A stretch of 64,000 nt of DNA, taken from positions 1 to 64,000 of the forward strand of contig NIVC01001517.1 in assembly GCA_002269645.1 (NCBI GenBank), in the 5' to 3' direction. The notes under the pieces are model-generated. The model did not search any database and had not been told where the DNA came from. It saw only the letters and a list, made by a program, of their open reading frames with translations. The DNA is from Macrostomum lignano. Its lineage: Eukaryota. Position 1 is the first letter of the stretch, and every line of letters starts with the position of its first letter. This document shows positions 59,412 to 64,000 of this stretch, piece after piece. The translations under genes and the position numbers were made by a program.

Positions 59412-60246
59412 CAGGTTGCACAGCGGCCCTGACTTTCTAACCGTCAGGCATGTACACTCTCCATGTGTACCTGAAGAAGACATGGAACCATGAAGAAGAA
59501 GAAGAAGCAGAAGCCGGTAAAATGTTCTCGATTGATGCCGGTAAAAATTACCGAAAACTTCGAGTGCTGCACTCACTGCAGAATAATTATCGTACATCAT
59601 CAGCCTGACGAAGCCATAAGGCCATAAGGATCAGTAAGGCCTGTGTGTCCACTATGCAATTGGGCGTCCACAATTGACCATCGAATCCCATTGTTGCATG
59701 CGCCTGCCTCTTCGTGACGTTTCGTTAAACAATGGCTTTATCATTAATTCCGATAAGCAACAGCATTTTAAATGAGTCCACAGGCTTTATGGCTGCAGAA
59801 GTTTTGTTTCTCATTTACGAGCGTATCCCGAGGAATTTTCGGAGCGGCTTCAGTCTGTCTTATTAATCACCGCTGCTCTTCTCTCTTTGAGTCACAAACT
59901 GAGGCTGCAATAAAATTAAAAGTCATTTATTCACGCAAGCAGATGCTGGGCCTGATGGCTTCGACGCCTCCTGCGAAACAATGATTCCGATTTGACAGAG
60001 ACAGAACAAATCGAGACTCCCAATGATCGCACATCTCACTGAGTCTGAATACTCACAGAGAGTTAATACCGATTTCAATCAGACTCATGCCGCATCGACA
60101 GAGTTCCCTTTACCGATAGGCAAGAGGCTGCCTGCTGAGAGTCGCCATGGCAACGCATCAATAAGGCTGCTGTTATTTAGCCTCTCTCTCGCGCAGAGAT
60201 TCGGCAATCTTCTGCTTAATGCCGCACTGACAAACCCAGCCTGGCC

Positions 60247-61963
<1,717 letters not shown>

Positions 61964-63207
61964 GTGCGAATGAATCAGACAGTGATGCAGCTGAGCAGAG
62001 CTGAGAAACTGTAAGAACCGCAATTTAGAGGCAGATCAAGACAAACAGTTTCAATTAGCGAGCATACCTAAGCCTACTCAAAGACTGTAAGCACAAACCA
62101 GCTGTAGATGGGTGCCTCGTAGATCAACTGGCCGAAATTGAACGCGAACCTGTTTTTGCTTCTGGTCCGAAATTCAAAAACTTTTTTTCTTTTTACCACA
62201 ATGTTTCAATGTACTTTCCTTTATAGTCTGCGAATGCACTTCTGTGTGTAAGACGTTCGATTTCCTCTTTTGTTAATTGCCGTTGATTCGAAAGGAGTCC
62301 TTGTTTTGTGTGCAATCAGATATTTTTTTCTTATAATTCATAACCAGAGAAAAGATTGTCCTGTTACAATTATTTATTGCCTTTTTTGCCTCTCAAACAG
62401 CTCAATCTTTTTAAGACTCAAATTTCATGCTATACTCGGATATAAGCGGCGAACTCTGCACACCATCAGTTGTTTGCTAAGGGCACAGATTTTTTTCTTT
62501 TTTGAAGCCCGATACTAACGAGCACTCACCTTTCAATGCACTTTTTCATTCAATTTGATTCTTTGGTTCGTACCAGTGAATTTATTTAGCCAAGACAGAC
62601 TTGAGCACTTAGTATTTTTCTCTGATACACGCGCTCTTACCTTGTAATTCAATGTTTTGAAGACTTTTCATATCAATATAATTGCAATCACTAAACTTAT
62701 TTGACTCAGTCTGCAAGTTATTACTATTAGAAGCAAAATTCTGTAAAACGATTGGGACAGCGAGGACAAAGAGGCTGAGACTGGGGTGCCACATTCGGCA
62801 TGGCGATGAAGGTAACAAAAATACTCGACAGTAAGTCACGGAATTGAGTAGCCGCTCGCTTATAGTGACAGCCGAAAATTTGGTCGTCTTTTTAAACAAA
62901 ACAAAACAAATTATACTTTCTTGAATGAATGAATCGATTACATTTCCAATCTCATTGATATTGTTAGCAAATTCTTCAAAAGTCACGTTTATATCTGCAG
63001 TGAACACTTTTTTTATTGATCTTTTAGATCGATCAGAAAGCACTTGCAATGTCCTATGGGGATCAGAAAGTACTTGTACTATTTGGGTGGATAACACGAC
63101 ACGGATGTCCGAAATCATCCTGCTCTCGTTTTTCATCAATCTTTGATGGTTTACCGTACAGAAGACGCGAATGTTTCGATGCGATACTGAAAGCTGAGAA
63201 TCGTTCG

Positions 63208-63396
63208 CTGGAGTAGCCGTTCGCTAGAGTAGCCGTTCGCTAGAGTAGCCGTTCGCTAGAGTAGCCGTTCGCTAGAGTAGCCGTTCGCTAGAGTAGCCGT
63301 TCGCTAGAGTAGCCGTTCGCTAGAGTAGCCGTTCGCTAGAGTAGCCGCTCGCTAGAGTAGCCGTTCGCTAGAGTAGCCGTTCGCTAGAGTAGCCGC
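63208..63396. repeat. 16-bp minisatellite (GAGTAGCCGTTCGCTA)n, ~11 copies
   Basis: Visible; abuts a LINE (GAA)n tail. Confidence 0.95.
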
Positions 63397-64000
63397 TTCT
63401 TCTTCTTCTTCTTCTTCGGGCGTGCTCGGGCCAGGGCCCATGGCACCGGGCGTCAGATGGCGCCCGCCTTCCCGAGGAAGTTCAGCACCGCGACGCAGTT
63501 CTCGAAAACTGCCGCGGGCTCCGGGCTTGGCCCCCAGAGGCGGCAGCGGTGTGATGTCAGGGCGGGGCAGGAGATCAGCAGATGGGCCGCCGTCTCCTCT
63601 CCATCGCCACAGAAGCGGCAGGTGGGGGCCACGTCAACGCCGATGGCGGCCTGGAAGCCCCGCAGGGCCGGGCAGCGGTCGGCGCGCAGCTGGCAGATCA
63701 GCCGCTCCTGCCGCCGCGTGAGGTCGCTTGTCGGCTGAGGCGGCAGGCGGCCCGCCGTGCAGGCAAGGTGCCAGGCAAGCGAGCTCGTGCTCGCCGCCTC
63801 GGTGGCCGCCGCGTTGTAGATTTGGTGCCAGCGGGCGAGGCAGTAGCGGCGGACGGCAGCCTGCGCGGCAGCTAGCGGTACGGGCGCGGTGCCTTGCGCC
63901 AGCGTGGTGCCTTGCTTGGCGATCTCGTCCACGGCCTCGTTGCCTGGGATTCCCGCGTGGCCAGGCACCCACTGCAGGTGGACCGAGGTTCCCCGGGCCG
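63397..64000 (-). mobile_element. 3' end of a second RNase H-bearing LINE with a (GAA)n tail
   Basis: HLQWVPGHAGIPGNEAVDEIAK (RNase H end), CQLRADRC, CRFCGDGEETAAHLLISCP (CCHC). Stop at 63453, short 3'UTR, then (GAA)n on the minus strand. Runs off the window end. Confidence 0.88.

Noticed and set aside
57233-59600. Long plus-strand and alternative-frame ORFs over the LINE, and similar antisense ORFs over other GC-rich exons
   Set aside because: These are shadow ORFs of GC-rich coding sequence with no independent motifs.

Overview
Eukaryotic, intron-containing, repeat-rich animal DNA. GC-rich exons, AT-rich introns and minisatellite-filled introns suggest a free-living flatworm such as Macrostomum, but this is inference only. 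Spliced genes read from the sequence: the 3' end of a C2H2 zinc-finger gene, a PhyH-family Fe/2OG dioxygenase, two fibrinogen-related (FReD) secreted proteins, carboxypeptidase Q, an ankyrin-repeat/Mab-21 (cGAS-like receptor) nucleotidyltransferase, a GT32 DXD glycosyltransferase, a Cys-rich GCC2/GCC3-repeat secreted protein, a partial bestrophin and a WSC+PAN secreted protein. Mobile DNA includes a decayed piggyBac, two RT/RNase H LINEs, two tRNA-headed SINE families and a 2.2-kb element flanked by 30-bp direct repeats. There are many tandem arrays. The most striking feature is a ~4.6-kb block (~38.7-43.33 kb) that is base-complemented in place, not reverse-complemented. Neither real strand reads sensibly there. 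Reading the printed bases backwards continues, in frame and with canonical GT-AG introns, a minus-strand gene that starts outside the block. The recovered ~1430-aa protein joins a KY/hillarin-like transglutaminase-fold region to the four calponin-homology domains of plastin/fimbrin. No known biological process makes a complement-only block, so it is most likely an assembly or processing artefact hiding a real gene. Single-base deletions in five host genes also point to an unpolished long-read assembly.
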